From Ophelia neglecta (Eukaryota), in the NCBI GenBank assembly GCA_965285935.1, contig OZ260661.1, forward strand, positions 121,086,001 through 121,150,000: a stretch of DNA of 64,000 bases, given 5' to 3'. Positions 50,677 to 64,000 of the stretch are shown piece by piece. Position 1 is the stretch's first letter, and every line of letters starts with the position of its first letter. The notes beneath the pieces are model-generated. The model was not told the origin of the DNA and did no database searches. It saw only the letters and a list, made by a program, of their open reading frames with translations. A program made the translations under genes and the position numbers.

Positions 50677-50787
50677 AGCAGAGTGGCGCAGTGGAAGCGT
50701 GCTGGGCCCATAAATCCAACCGAAGGCTGTGTGCCTGTCAGGACCTGGGCGACCCAGAGGTCCGTGGATCGAAACCACGCTCTGCTA
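50677..50787 (+). tRNA. tRNA-iMet: Initiator tRNA-Met(CAT) with a 39-nt intron (50713-50751)
   Basis: Exons AGCAGAGTGGCGCAGTGGAAGCGTGCTGGGCCCATA + ACCCAGAGGTCCGTGGATCGAAACCACGCTCTGCTA = 72 nt, with A1-U72, three G-C anticodon-stem pairs, C33 and the AUCG T-loop. TTTTT terminator at 50792. Confidence 0.95.
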
Positions 50788-50937
50788 ACACTTTTTCACT
50801 TTTTTTGAGGATATAACATTTTACTCTCTTTTTGACTGGGAATCAATTTTCGATGAGAATAAATTGAATCTTGATTAAAAATAGATAGCACCGAACCTAT
50901 GCTTTCTACAGACCCTTATTCAGATTGTGGGTAAAGA

Positions 50938-51270
50938 CCCGGGGAGGGGGGGGGCACTCAGTCTGGAAATTGGTACATATGCGCCGCCCAGATTTCAAAT
51001 CACAGGCGCAAACTCTACAAAATTGCTGAAAACAGGGGTCAAATTCAATATTTCAGCCAGATATAGGGGTCAAAATTCTATATTTCAACCAAATAGGGTC
51101 GAAATTCTACATTTCAATCAAAAGTCGTACATATGCTAAAAACAGGGGTCGAAATTCTACATGTAGGTAAAAAACAGGTGGTCGAAATTCTACATAGGTC
51201 GAAAAAGGGGGGTCGAAATGGCCGCACATATCTAATAACCTCAGAATACAGAGTGCCCCCCCCCCTTGGG
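50938..51270. mobile_element. MITE with G/C-run terminal inverted repeats
   Basis: CCCGGGGAGGGGGGGGCACTC...GAGTGCCCCCCCCCCTTGGG flanked by the direct repeat GTAAAGA; internal GGTCGAAATTCTA repeats. Confidence 0.75.
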
Positions 51271-52066
51271 GTAAAGATCAGCCATCTTTTCTTTGATGGG
51301 TCGTTTTGGCCGCATATTAACTGGGCCAAAAGAATGACCACCCCGTTTTAATTTAAATGAACCCAGCTTAGAACGAGGTGGTCATTTACTAATTGAAGAG
51401 TGAGGGGTAGGGCCGCAAATCCTGGGGGGGGGGGGGCAATGAAATGTGACAACATCAGATGGGGGGGGGGGAGGCAAACATTGTTACACCCTCTTATGGG
51501 CGGGTCATAAAACCAGCTTGATCTTCCATGCAAAATGCTACTAAAGGCCTCTATATACTATACTATATACTATATATTGCATACATTTACGATGAAAAGT
51601 GCCATATTTTTCGATTAATAATCTTGTTTTTAAAAATTTATGACAGATAGCCTGGCCTAGTAAGCCTACCAAAATTATTTTGTGCTTCGCCTAATAGTCT
51701 TGATTCGTTTTCTTTCTCTATATAGGCCCTTCCATTTTTTATTCCATTTAAATTTTACATCCACCTAACTTTCCATTTCATTTCTGATTTAACTGTTAAA
51801 TAGAACCAGGGTTGCCAAGTTCTGGCCATGGCCCGGGGCCGCATGCCGGGGCCATTGCATTGCGTGGGATTTGGCGGTTCTTTAAGGAATTGGGGGTCAA
51901 AATATCAGGTTTGCGTTGAGAGCCTGGGTTGAGGCTTAGAAACTGAGTCTACTTTGCAACGTCTATTTGTACAATTTTACAGGTACAGTCGAGTTGTTTA
52001 AAATATACCTCTATATATGGTATATCTTTTATATACATATATATATATACCATATAATATTATATA

Positions 52067-52244
52067 CAGTGAAACTTGGGAATTGAGACCACCCAAGGGA
52101 CTGGGATATACTGGTCTGATAACAGAGGTGGTCTGTTTAGAGAGGTTATTTCACATTGAAAGGGTATAGTTTGGTCTTTATATAAATGGTCTTAATATAC
52201 AGGTGGTCTGAATATAGAGGTGGTCTTTAAGCCAGGTTTCACTG
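52067..52244. mobile_element. Tc1/mariner/pogo-type MITE
   Basis: TA|CAGTGAAAC...GTTTCACTG|TA; internal AGGTGGTCT repeats. Confidence 0.8.
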
Positions 52245-52714
52245 TAGTATGGTTAACATGTTGTTCTCCCTCCTGTCTAGGAAAAATTCAAGTGGGTGTG
52301 CAATTTACCTTCAGCCCTAGCTCAATAGCATTGGGCAACTTTTTGCTTCGAGCCATTTAGAAATATCCATGACTTCAGCCTCTAGATAGCCTCCACAACC
52401 CCGCGTTTAATCCCCAGCCATTGTTTGCCCTAGGCAAGGATATGGTTTTGGAAACATCCAGCTGCACACCCGGCAGTACCCTCCCCCCCCTCCCCCCTAA
52501 AAACTAAAACTGCATGCCTTAAAACTAAAACTGCATGCCTTTAATTTCCAGTCGTAGACAAGTGAGGGGGCAATCATATTTCTCATAGACTTCATGAGCT
52601 TTGTTTGAATTAATAGATTTGCTGTATGCAGATAATACACTGATCATTTTGCACAGTACTACTTCACTCATCCAGGCATTCAGTACATATTATACTACTC
52701 TCTTTATTCACTGT

Positions 52715-52931
52715 TAAATGTTAAATGTATGGGTTTTAACGTCCCTTTCAACACTGGAGAGGTCATATCGGGACAGGGAGTCTCTTGGAAAGATGAGGCG
52801 AAGGTCTGATGAATCACTCCCCCGACACAAGGTTAGGTTGAAAACAGCCCTCCCAAGCTGGGTTCGAACTCAGACCTTGGAGGTCGGAGGTCCAGCACGC
52901 TACCACTGGACCACGGACACTCCCTTTTTTT
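52715..52931 (-). mobile_element. tRNA-derived SINE
   Basis: Minus strand shows A box TGGTCCAGTGG, B box GAGTTCGAACCC and a (CATTTAA)n-like tail. 12-bp TSD TTTATTCACTGT at 52703-52714 and 52932-52943. Confidence 0.85.
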
Positions 52932-53954
52932 TTTATTCACTGTCTCAAGTTGACTAGGCTTGAGCATTAAGTATTCCACGGGATAAAGTAATAGGCATAG
53001 AAAATAGTCTGTAAACCAGACTGGGGGCAGAGCAAGAGCAGGGTTTGGGGATGTTTAAAAGAATTCCAATCATTTTTCCCAGGGCCCCTGGCTGGAAATT
53101 TTGAGCAGTCCCTTAAACTTTTCAAGTCAGTCTCATAACATTGTAGAATTAATTTTTACGCAATTAAATTATGCACAACAGATAATAAAATCTCTGTTCT
53201 GCAGAAGGAAAAAAATGATATAATAAATGAGTTGCCCCCTTAAAATCACCAAAACCAAGAAATTTCTTCAGGCAATAATGATACTGGGTCTACAGATAAA
53301 AAAATGGTGGGACAAGTGTCTTCAGCAGTTCTTTCTAATTTTCAGGAGGTTTGTTTCAAGGAATAAGGTTCTGATTGAGCCCATATTTTCCTTTTATTCA
53401 TTGATATCTGTTGACCAGAAAATAAGCAGCTTTGCTTAATCACATGTTGTGATCAATATCATAAATTATAATTCTGGATGGACAATAAAGTTATTGTCTA
53501 TATTACTTGTTGAGGTACTGAGTTTCTTCATTTGTCCATGTTACTTAGGCAACAGTTGACCAATCCGTGTTTGTAATATCAGGCAACAGTTGACCAATCA
53601 GTGTTTGCAAAGTTAACGCTAAATCTGATTCAAAAAGATACTAAAATATTCTTTTTGAGGCCATGAGTACACAATATATATACATAGGACCAGAAAAGGA
53701 GTATTGCAAATGTTTTTTATATTAATAATTTCAAATTTATACTCTTCCTACTATTAAAAGATGCCAACATGGTTTCTGATATTCTGATATTCTTAATGTT
53801 GGCACTTTTTACAAGTTGGCCTTTGGTTGACTTCCATAAGTTTGATATAAAACCTAGAGAAACGACAGACCTCTATATACTGCTGTGTATTGGTGCAAAC
53901 AAGTCAAATGCATTATGAAAGGTAACCAAACCATTACAAGTGTGGCTGAAGACA

Positions 53955-54675
53955 ACTTTATAAACGAGAGATTTTGCGCGACATACAGACCTTACCTGAT
54001 GAATCGTGGTGGCCATCTTGTTTTCTGATCGGTCCGAAAACAATATGAACAAAAATAAACCCAAGGTGAAATTAAAGGACACCACTGGATTCCTTGTGTA
54101 TGATTTCTTATTACTGTTTAAAACATTTTATGTGCCTATCTCTCACCGTTAAGATTTGACCTTGAAAAATAAACCCAAGGTGAAATTCAACGATTCCACT
54201 GGATTCCTTGTATATGATTTCCTATTAGTGTTCAATACATATTATGTGCCTATCTCACACCGTTAAGCTTCCAAAAGATCCCATGTTAATGCATTTCTAA
54301 ATTATTGCCCTTGGCAGCCATCTTGTTTTTCCGATCTCGTCCAAAGCCTTTTCAGCACACCAGAATGTCCCATTGATGACTTTGATGAAGTTTCAGAAAA
54401 ATCTCTTCATCCGTTTGAGAGATTTCGCGCGACATACAAACTTTACCTGATAATTTGTAGCGGCCATCTTGTTTTTCTGATCGGTCCGAAAACAATATTA
54501 TATGATCCTTTACTAGCCATAAAAAACTTCCATGAAGCCACAAGTGAATTCCTCAAAGCCCTGAGGAGTTATAGCGGTTTGAAGTTGCCTCGGACGGTCG
54601 GACGTTCGGACGGACGGACGGACGGACAACCCGACTACATAATGCCTCCGGACCCTTTGGGGCGGAGGCATAAAA
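53955..54675. mobile_element. Non-autonomous Helitron/Helentron-like (HINE-type) interspersed repeat
   Basis: Internal duplicated blocks (GGCCATCTTGTTTT; AAATAAACCCAAGGTGAAATT), (GGAC)n microsatellite, terminal hairpin ATGCCTCCG...CGGAGGCAT next to an A/T run. Confidence 0.55.
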
Positions 54676-55074
54676 GGGTTTGGGCTTTACCAAGCACAAA
54701 CTTTCTTGATTTTCAGAAAAGCAAGTTTATAACAAATTTTACAAATTCTAAATCCCATATTCTTAAACGGTTTAAACGAACTCGCTATAATTATGGTAGA
54801 AACACCCTTCCTATGCTGCCAAATTATTTTTATTATTATATTTGCTCCAGGTTTGGTATTCTAACATTTCAAAAAGTTTCATTAATTCACTTTTTTTCAG
54901 TCTAGGACTATACATGTAGGTTTTCTTTTAGGTTAATAAAAAATAAAAGGGGGATTTGTATTTCATCACATAACAGTTTTATTTTTAATTTGTAACAATT
55001 ATTAAGTTACAAAACAAGATTCCATCACATACATTCGATATAATTTGATACTTCATGATATTATGGCTAACATA

Positions 55075-55236
55075 CAGTGAAACCTGGAAATTAGGGGCAC
55101 CTGATAATTAGGGACAGCTACATTAGGACCAAACATATAGTTTTATATGTAAAATAACCTTGAAATTAGGGGCACCTTAGAAAACAGGGCACTTTACCAC
55201 AGTCCCTTGCCTGTCCCTAATTTCCAGGTTTCACTG
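55075..55236. mobile_element. Tc1/mariner/pogo-type MITE
   Basis: TA|CAGTGAAACCTGGAAATTAGGG...CCCTAATTTCCAGGTTTCACTG|TA. Confidence 0.85.
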
Positions 55237-55849
55237 TACATGTATTTCATCAATAAATGATCTCCAGGCACCTTTTTCAATAATAATTCCTACACCAAAC
55301 AGAGCAGTGTCTTTTTTTTTCTAACAGTTTCTAAATATCTTGCATTATTAAAAAGTAGATGAAATAACTTAATTTATAGTCTGAATAAAAGAAAAGCCAT
55401 CAATAATGCTTCCACTGTTCTGAAGCTTCACATATTCTTATCCAACTGGCACTAAAATTTCTTCAATATGTCACATACTACTTGCAATATCTACTGATAT
55501 ACCAATACAGTCTGTACAATATTTAAATATCACATTGACATAAGGATAAATTATGCAGCTGGGTTTCTATTTTTCATCTGAATGTTTCAAGGTTTACAAT
55601 CAAATGAATAATTTTGCATTCAGACACTAACTATTTTGAAAAAAACAAAATCCTATGTACCATTCTAGGAAATAATCACTTAATCAAGAGTTGACTGGGA
55701 TCATGATTCTGTCCAAACTCATCTTTAGTATAATGCCTTGAGTAGGAAGGTAAGAATCTTACATGGCACATTTTACCAATACAAAATAAATTACTAACTT
55801 CGAATTACTAAACTTCAATTGCATGAGAATCCAAAACCACCACCGAGTG

Positions 55850-56375
55850 GAAATGGAGCCACAAATGCCTAATAGCCCATGGAGCCACAGATGACTACAG
55901 AAGCAAGATAGTAACTACCCCATGGGGACACAAACGACCACAGATGGTAACTATCCCATGGAGCCACAAACGATTAAAGTTGTCAGATAGTAACTATTCC
56001 ATGGAGTCACAAATGACTAGAGTGGTCAGATAGTAACTACTCCATGGGGCCACAAACAACTACAGTAGTCAGATGGTAACTATCCCATGGAGCCACAAAC
56101 TATTATAGTAGTCAGACAGTAACTATCCCATAACTATCTCCTGGAGCCACAAACAACTACTGTATGCGGGAATTAACTGTTCCATGGGACCACAAATGAA
56201 TACAGTAGTTAGTTAGTAACTATCCCATGGAGTCACAAACAATTACACTAGTCAGTTTATAACTATCCCATGGAGTCACAAACATTTACAGTGGTCAGTT
56301 AGTAACTATCCCATGGAGCTACAATCAATTACAGTAGTGAGTTAGTGACTAGCCATGGAGTCACAAATGACTCCT
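55850..56375. repeat. Minisatellite, ~43-bp unit, ~12 copies
   Basis: Recurrent TAACTATCCCATGGAGYCACAAA core with diverged but homologous spacers. Confidence 0.9.
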
Positions 56376-57248
56376 CTCCCATCTTATTGGTGACAACTAC
56401 ATAGTAATTCATTAACTAAACAAAAAATGATTGAAAACAAATTAGAGCTCACCCATGAAAACATTAATACAGAAAGAAAACAATTATAATTAACACAGAT
56501 TAAATATGGCAGGGGAATAAAATAACATATTTTTTAAAGCTGAAGCATTTTAAACTTAAACTTGGGATAGTGTTTCATAAATACTTGTCACAAAAATATA
56601 CTAAACATATCATTCTAAACACATTTCAGCAAATAATATATAAAATGTTTAGATTATAAATACTAATATATCTCTAATAACTTGTCGAAGTTGAGCTATG
56701 AAAATCCTCCTTCCAAAACTGAAAATATAACAGGTTAAGTATCTTCCTGAGGCTACTGCAAGCACTGCAGATATATTGTCTTTTTCACCTGTTCAGAGAC
56801 CGATTCGTCCCAAGTGTTGCAGTCGAAGTGGACACAGACGCCAGTCTTTATGAATATGTACAAGTTGCCTTGTCACTGTGCTGGTGTCCAAACATGCATG
56901 TCAATGAACACTATACTCTGGCAGTTCACTCATTGTTCTCATGTATTTATACACATAACATCTCAACTACTTGAATACAACACAGAGGTATACACTCAAC
57001 CAGCTCTCCTTGTCACACGTATATGTTCACTCATTGATATCAAGTCACACATACTCATTCAATCTCCCAAGCACACATCCCTGTTAACTAACATTAAAAT
57101 AAAATGCCGACCAATGCGCTGGCCACCGAGCGATACAGTCAATATTCACAGATACAGTGCTTATACATTAAGTAGTATAGCAGCAAGCTTCATGCACATA
57201 CTACTGGCACAAATATGACTACAGCTGTTATTGCCAGCAGGAGGTGCT

Positions 57249-58528
57249 TCACACCTGACTCCCCGACTCCGGACTCCGCCTGTGTGGCGAGGAGGGGGAA
57301 GATGACATGGGTGAATTCGAGCCTGAACTGACCTCCTTCTGAGCTTTGATTCTGAACCATGTGTCTCCCAGCGCCTTGGCGAAATGGTCATCAACAGACC
57401 CACCCGTCACATCCATGTTGGCAGGTTCCTGTTGGGCCTTAATTTTCGTCCATGTTGATCCTAATGACTTGGCAAAATGATCATCTACTGTGCCTGAAAA
57501 GTGATTGCACATTAATTGGTACTGTTCCTGATACCCTGTATCATTAAATAAAAAATGTCAGGACAAAATGTCAGGACCATTTGTTTACTGGCCTGCATGG
57601 CATTAAGTGCACAAAAGGGATTCTTCATGTGATAAATGAAAAACCAGACTTTTTTTCTCATTTCAAATAAGACTGCAATATTTACCTGTGACAGAGACTG
57701 GAGTAGTATGCTGCCTGTCGGCCGGCCTGTCATGTGATCTTTCATGTGACTGCAGGGTGGAGGGCATCTTGTGGAAGGGGGTTGATGTGGGTGTTGAGGA
57801 GGAACATGGCAGTTGTGGGTTTCTTGCAAGGTAGTCTGGGTAATCTTTACCTAGTGACCTTCGGAAATGTTCATCAATAATTGGATCACTCACTTCCACT
57901 GAAAGGTATAAACCAAGTATGTTATGATAAAAATGAAATGGTGATCATGTTCATATGCTACTTTTTACAGTGAGGTCTAGTAGTACGATCTTTTGGTGAA
58001 TTCCAAATGCATTTTCTAAATATCTTTATAGTGACTTAAAATTGTTTATTAACATGTATCTTGTATGCGTATACACTTCCATAGGTTTTATCTTTTTTAT
58101 TTGTAAATTCTATTATATTGTGAAGAGAATTATTTGCAGGGAACATACATTGTGTGACTTCTCTGCGAGTAGTTCTGTATTCTCCAGAGGGAACATCTAG
58201 CCCATTTCCCATGTGGCGCCCTCCGTTTGCAGCACAGGTAATAACCGATGGTCTAAACTGGTGCGGGCCGGACGACACGCTCAGGTTGAGAGGCCCGTTG
58301 CTGCCATCCTGATCGTGGGAACGTGCAGAGGGGTGTTGATGAGGGGACCCTCCATGTCTGTGAGGGGACATGTGGCCATGACCGGGAGATGCTGTCCCTG
58401 GGTGTCGCATTCTGTCCAGGTCAACTATGTCTGAAGAGGGGACATAACCGCCCTGTTCCTCCCGCTGCTTCTGGTAGTGAGCGTAGGCTGCCGCTGCTGG
58501 ATCCATGGGGAAACAACTGGAGTAGGGC
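57249..58528 (-). CDS. VGLL4: Vestigial-like 4 / Tgi TEAD cofactor, last three coding exons (5' exons not identified)
   Basis: Exons 58528-58149, 57898-57686 and 57493-57249 join in frame. Motifs RPSVITCA, DPIIDEHFRRSLGKDY, TVDDHFAKSLGSTW, SVDDHFAKALGDTW. Confidence 0.92.
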
Positions 58529-61500
58529 CTGAAGGGAGAAAACAAGAAAATAATATTCAAATTGTAATCCAGTCCATAGAAACAGCCTAGCCATGCATGA
58601 AATGAAAACTCCAAGTAGTTTTCACTTACTTCCCATGTTCACAATAGGTATACTGTAGCCAAGGCAATCATCACCTACCTCATCATATGCCAACAGTTGG
58701 CTTAATTGGTTTATTTATTCTTGTGTAGCACAATATAAAAAGTATCACCTTGGATATAAATAGTTAGTGAATGAGCAACTTTATAAGCAGCACACAGCAA
58801 TGAAAGAGTAACCCAGCAAAGACAACACATCATATGCTAGAAATGCAATCTTATGGACCTGATATTTCATGACTGCTCAATCTTTATTACTCCCGTTTTC
58901 TAAAAACGGGGGGAATTATGTCAGGTAGGGGTATGCTTCAACGGCTTACATCCTTGAATTTCCTGCAACAAGTGGACTAACTTATTGTAGGTATTGGACA
59001 CTGAGTGTTTGTACATGTACATACTATGAATGTATTTTGTTATCTCTATTGCCTTTGTAAGACTGACTGTTAATGGCAATGCTGCTATAGCAAATTTTTC
59101 ATTTTGTATATTTATCATGACCTTCATAAGCTTTGGCTCATTATTGCTTGACATATAACATGTATTCTTGCTACTTAAATCATTTACAATGTAAAAAACA
59201 ACCTTTCTGTAACCCATGTCACACCCGGCTCTCATGGTACGCCAGAGCAGCCGTACCAAAGACGCAGTGCCACGGTGTAGAATACAGAACAAGAACCCTA
59301 CCAGACAGTCACTGTGTGAGTAGTAACAACTTTATCTAGTTCTGCTACCCTATACTGTTTATTACTCATCATACAAGTTTTAAAAATGCCATACAGGTTA
59401 GCATAAAGAAAAAGCATTATCATTGTTCAATGTTTTTGAGGGGACAACACCATTTTCTTGCAGAGAATGAGCAAGGGAGCCAAGATATCATATATCATCT
59501 TTCACTGAAAGTGACATGAAAATATTGCCTGGAGCCCAATATATTTCATCTCACTTCCAGAGAGACCTGATATTTGTTTTATTAAGCAACTTAAGTTTAA
59601 ATCTTAAATATCGAAAAGTGTTCCCTTGTTACACATTTCTGGGTCCTTGTGCAGGATACAGTATTAATTGTTGGGGTAAATGTTGTCCTCCACAGACATG
59701 TACATAACACGATATCAGGGTTAGTTTTCTGGTTGGTCAGTAGCTTGTGCTTCTAGCTCTTGGTTGCTTGACAGAATCAATTTTAATAGAATTTAAGAAT
59801 TAATTTGCTTTTATTCTCAGAAGGTTTCCTATATGCCTGTTCCAAACATTTGATGCAGCAAAATTTCTGCACTATTTTGTATATAATAAGTTCAGCTGGT
59901 GTAAAGCATATTTTCATTTTAAATAGCTGAATCTTTTACGGTTTAACTTATAGTCAGTGCCTTCACTTCGTTCCACTGTTACAACTAGCTGTGGGATGCC
60001 TTTGTTTCTTTCTGATGTATCTCTTTCATCCACTAGTATTTCATGAAAGTCAACATGATACAGCTGTTAGTAAGATGTATGGGTACGGTAGGGATTTTTT
60101 TGTCTAGTGCAAAAAAACATTGCCAGGAGTCGCCAATGTTTACCCCGACAGAATATCTGTCAGTCAACACACTCAACATATTGCAGAGTTACCGCAGGAA
60201 CACACTATCTATGACTCACCCAATAGGGACTTCTAGTATGCAGTCAGCTAGAAATTTGACAAAAAGTGAGAATGGGCATCAAATTAAGGTAAAACTGCAG
60301 CGGCGTGTCACCAGTGTAACATACTCCTGTAATCTGGCCATTTCTTCATTCTACCACTGACAGACTTTGTCAGTCCTGAGATGATAGGGATGGAGAAATT
60401 ACCAAAACCTGCATTCAAACCCACTCTTTTCTCCAGATGAGATCAAAGTGGTGAAATATTTCTATCAATCACTGTCTAAGTGGAGAATTTACATCCATTT
60501 ATCTTAATTTGTGGCAAGCCTGTGTACCCTAATAAAATGCTGGCGACAGAGGCAAGTATGAAGCCACTTTTTCCCTCTGTGACATCCAAAAAATCAGATT
60601 GTCTTATACCATATTTATCAGGTTAGCAGTGTCTTGATGATGCTACAGCTTTAAATAGACACAACTTGATGATTAAACATAATGTGCACCAATAACGCCT
60701 GGGGCTTGTGGCCAGCAGCCCAGTAACAAGTCATTACCGGGCACAGGTACACTGCCAACTACCATTACAATGTCCATCTCAGTCTGAAAATAACTACCTG
60801 GTCATGCTTTTGTCATTGAAAGATGTAAGACCAATTAAATTCCTAACATTCTATGCAAAATAATATCATATTTCTTCAGCAATGTTTACCAAGCTAAAGG
60901 TGCGACACTCTAGAAGTTTCTAACAATGAGCGTGATGTTTTTATGGATGATGGAGCCTTGAGAAAAGGGACCCTGAGAAAATCTGCAAGCCTGTGCTGAT
61001 ATGTCTGTCAAGCCAGGTCTGACAGACACTGATACTAGTTAACACAATGCTAGCATGCACAGCTTATGAATGTTTACCCCCCTCTACAGTTATCCTGTAG
61101 CTCACAATCTAATTTGCCACAAGGACCTTTTTTTACAGGAGGTAAGAAGTTACAGGTAGCCAGCTGAACTGGCGCTATTGAAGTATGTTAAATGATTACA
61201 TTGTAACTTGACACTGCATGCATTCCATCACATTGTTATGTTATGTAAACATGTTTACATGATGGATTCTATCACATTAAAACTTGGTATCTACATCCTT
61301 GACTACAAGGTTCACCTCTGAAAGTGGCATGCAATAAATAGGCTAATTATAGAGATTTGACAAGTTGAAGAATACTTGTATGATTTGCCTAGAAAAAATG
61401 GACTTCCACATGATTTCCTCTCATAAAGCATTATGTTAAAAAGCTGAGCATTCTTTTCTAATAATTTAACAAAGGCATGGAACATTCCTTACCAAAATGC

Positions 61501-64000
61501 ATAATTTCAGTGATAAAATAGTTTGCACCCTTGAATGTTTAAAATATGGAATTTTATTGATATTACATTTCCCAATTCCCTGCCAATTCCGGAATGATTG
61601 AAGTCCACAATCAAGCTCAATTCATTCCAATGTTCACACCTATCAGTTCTACAATGGGTGCTTGCCAAAGATCAAAGCGGCGTGTTGGCACACAAGAGCT
61701 GCATCATTTCAGGGTGATGTGGCATGGGTTCCGGCGTCTGCGATGGGTAGGTACCTGGTACGCAGGGAGGCTAAGATCATCCCAGGCAATAGAGCACAGT
61801 CAATCATTCCCATTTCTTGAGTTCAACACTGATATATGGTAAATAAACAGGGCACTAGTTTTGCCCATTAGCACCAAACATCAAGTTGTTCTTTCCACAT
61901 ATTAATACATTAACTGTAAATAATGATAATGCCAATCTGTAAGATGATGTGTACTTGTCAGCACCTGGTTAGTTAGCAAAATATAAAGTACTAATTTATG
62001 AAAGAGATATTCCAAAGTGTGCAAAGCACACAAGAAATGTTGATCTTTGTCCCCACTTTCTGACGGGTTGTGAAAATGCCTGAACGTGGGTGGGGTAGGA
62101 ATGGAACACAATATATGTCAATGATCTGGGCTTTTAAGCTGCAATTTTCCAAATTGCATACCCTCAACTTTGCAGCTCATTTGTCAGTCTTCTTCAACAT
62201 TTGCACATCCAAACAGTTCTCAGTTCTTCTTTCAATAGGGATATATTACAGAGCCAGGGAAAAAATCTCTGGCAAAACTGGGATCGGGAGAGGCAGACAA
62301 AAATTTCAAAACCATACATCAGGCGGGTATTGCTGAATGAATTACAATTTTAAGGAACTAGGAGAATGTGGTACCAGTCCCCACAGACAACTGCCAGTGA
62401 TTAGAGCTGTTACACAATGGGATAGTAAGTTTGGTCTGCGGCTTCCTTTGAAGTCCAAGGCCAAAATGCTGTCATGCTATCACAAAACACAGCTATTGAG
62501 TACTTATAGCCACATTTTGTCACCTAATTTTTACAGACATAACCATAAAAATTGCATTGTTGAAGGCGGTATTTTTGTCTTTTTTTAATAGTGGCTGCTG
62601 ACAAGTGTTATCAATTATGAAAGCTCGGATGCTCATTGACAGCCCTGTCATCACCTCTGGTACTCTGGCAGACCTTTTGGAATATATCTAACTGCTACTT
62701 ACAATACAAATCGGCAGACGTTTTAACACATTTGGAATACTGAATGGCTGGTGGCGGCAGCTTTGTTTTACTTTACATCCACTTGATATTCATGACATAT
62801 TTACTGCGACCAAATGAATGAATATAATAATATTTAAAGTTCTGAGCTTTTCATGTTACTTCTTAAATGATGACTTCACCCACAACAACTGACCTCATTA
62901 ATCACGTAGGACAAGTGTACATAAAATTCCGGCGGCCATCATTTTTTCAAACTTTTTTAAAAGTTCAGACAAGGCAGAAGGAAAGAAGTGAAATCAGAAT
63001 CACTTGAAAGTGCTAGCAAAGTAAGCTACCAAGGAAACCCTGGTAATGAAGGAGGACTTGTGCTTACATAAATAATTAATACATGTAAACGTTAAAAACA
63101 AAAACATATCTAGTAGAAAACTTGGTTTAGAATCAACCCTCTCCTGGCTAAATTGCTATATCTTCAATTATTGTAACACATTAGAAATAGACTCAATAAC
63201 TTTACTTCAGTTCACTCAAAAAAAAAAAAAAACTCAAGCAGTCTTCTCAACAATTAAAGACAAAATGTAGGCTCACTTGGGATGTAAATTCAGTTTGAAC
63301 ATTTCTATTTGCTTCCTTCTAGATAAACAACTCAAACTCCATCAAAAACTGGCCAACTGAGTTCAAACATATACTTAGATAGCCACAAAATATAAGAGAA
63401 TGTCCGAAATGTGTTAAGATTATTCTAATACTGGCCGAAGAGGAAAACCTTGATGCGCGGTATTATTCATGTCCCCATGCCTTGATGTGTAAACAGTTTG
63501 TCTGTCTGCCAATTCAGGAGATCCTCTGACTGTCATCTCACATTATGTATATTGGTGGTGGGACAGTTTTGCCACTGCCATGTTTGATAGTTTGTTGTCT
63601 GTTATATTCTAGAGTTGTGTTGTAATTTGCCAAACACTATGACTAAGACCCCTGTTTTAGACGGGAATGTTTGGATTGTAAGCACTGTTATTTATTACAG
63701 ATGTCTCGTTATAAATGGCGGTAATCCTACGCCTAAAACTTTCTATCATAGTTAACTCTTATTCTTAATTGTTTGTGTATACATTGAAAAAGTGTTTTCG
63801 AGCTCCTAAAATAGACATTTTCTTATAATTGATTCCTGTGTATTAGATTTATATATGATATCTACATAATTTCCTTAAATTGTATTCCTTTCTCAGGGAA
63901 CAGTAATAGTGGTAATAAACATACACATGTACACATCTTTTCCTAAAATCAGAGAGTACTTGTATGCATGGGGACACCGAGTCCCTAAGGGGTAATGTGC

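Noticed and set aside
55850-56375. CRISPR-like appearance of the regularly spaced palindromic core
   Set aside because: Spacers are mutually homologous, the context is eukaryotic and there are no cas genes; it is a minisatellite.
58600-64000. Short ORFs upstream of the VGLL4 exons
   Set aside because: No VGLL4 N-terminal motif or convincing phase-2 exon found; treated as intron.

Overview
Eukaryotic, AT-rich, intron-containing animal DNA; gene content and repeat types suggest a lophotrochozoan invertebrate, probably a mollusc (inference). From left to right: (1) a tandemly duplicated two-gene cassette holding four copies of an unassigned ~126-nt structured RNA, each with U6-type (PSE-position block + TATA at -31) Pol III promoter geometry and a TTTT terminator, which is the best candidate for an undescribed system; (2) a young gag-protease-only Gypsy LTR element with a -1 frameshift site, a 4-bp TSD and LTRs that differ only at their U5 tips; (3) a 3-exon secreted meteorin-like gene, fragmented in the ORF track, encoding only the N-terminal domain; (4) decayed Gypsy pol fragments next to an intact Mag-type Gypsy element with identical LTRs; (5) a complete 21-exon FBXL13/DRC6 gene (-); (6) an initiator tRNA-Met gene with a 39-nt canonical intron; (7) MITEs, a SINE and minisatellites; (8) the last three coding exons of a VGLL4/Tgi gene (-) with three TDU motifs. 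Family assignments come from recalled motifs, not database searches, and coordinates were counted by hand.
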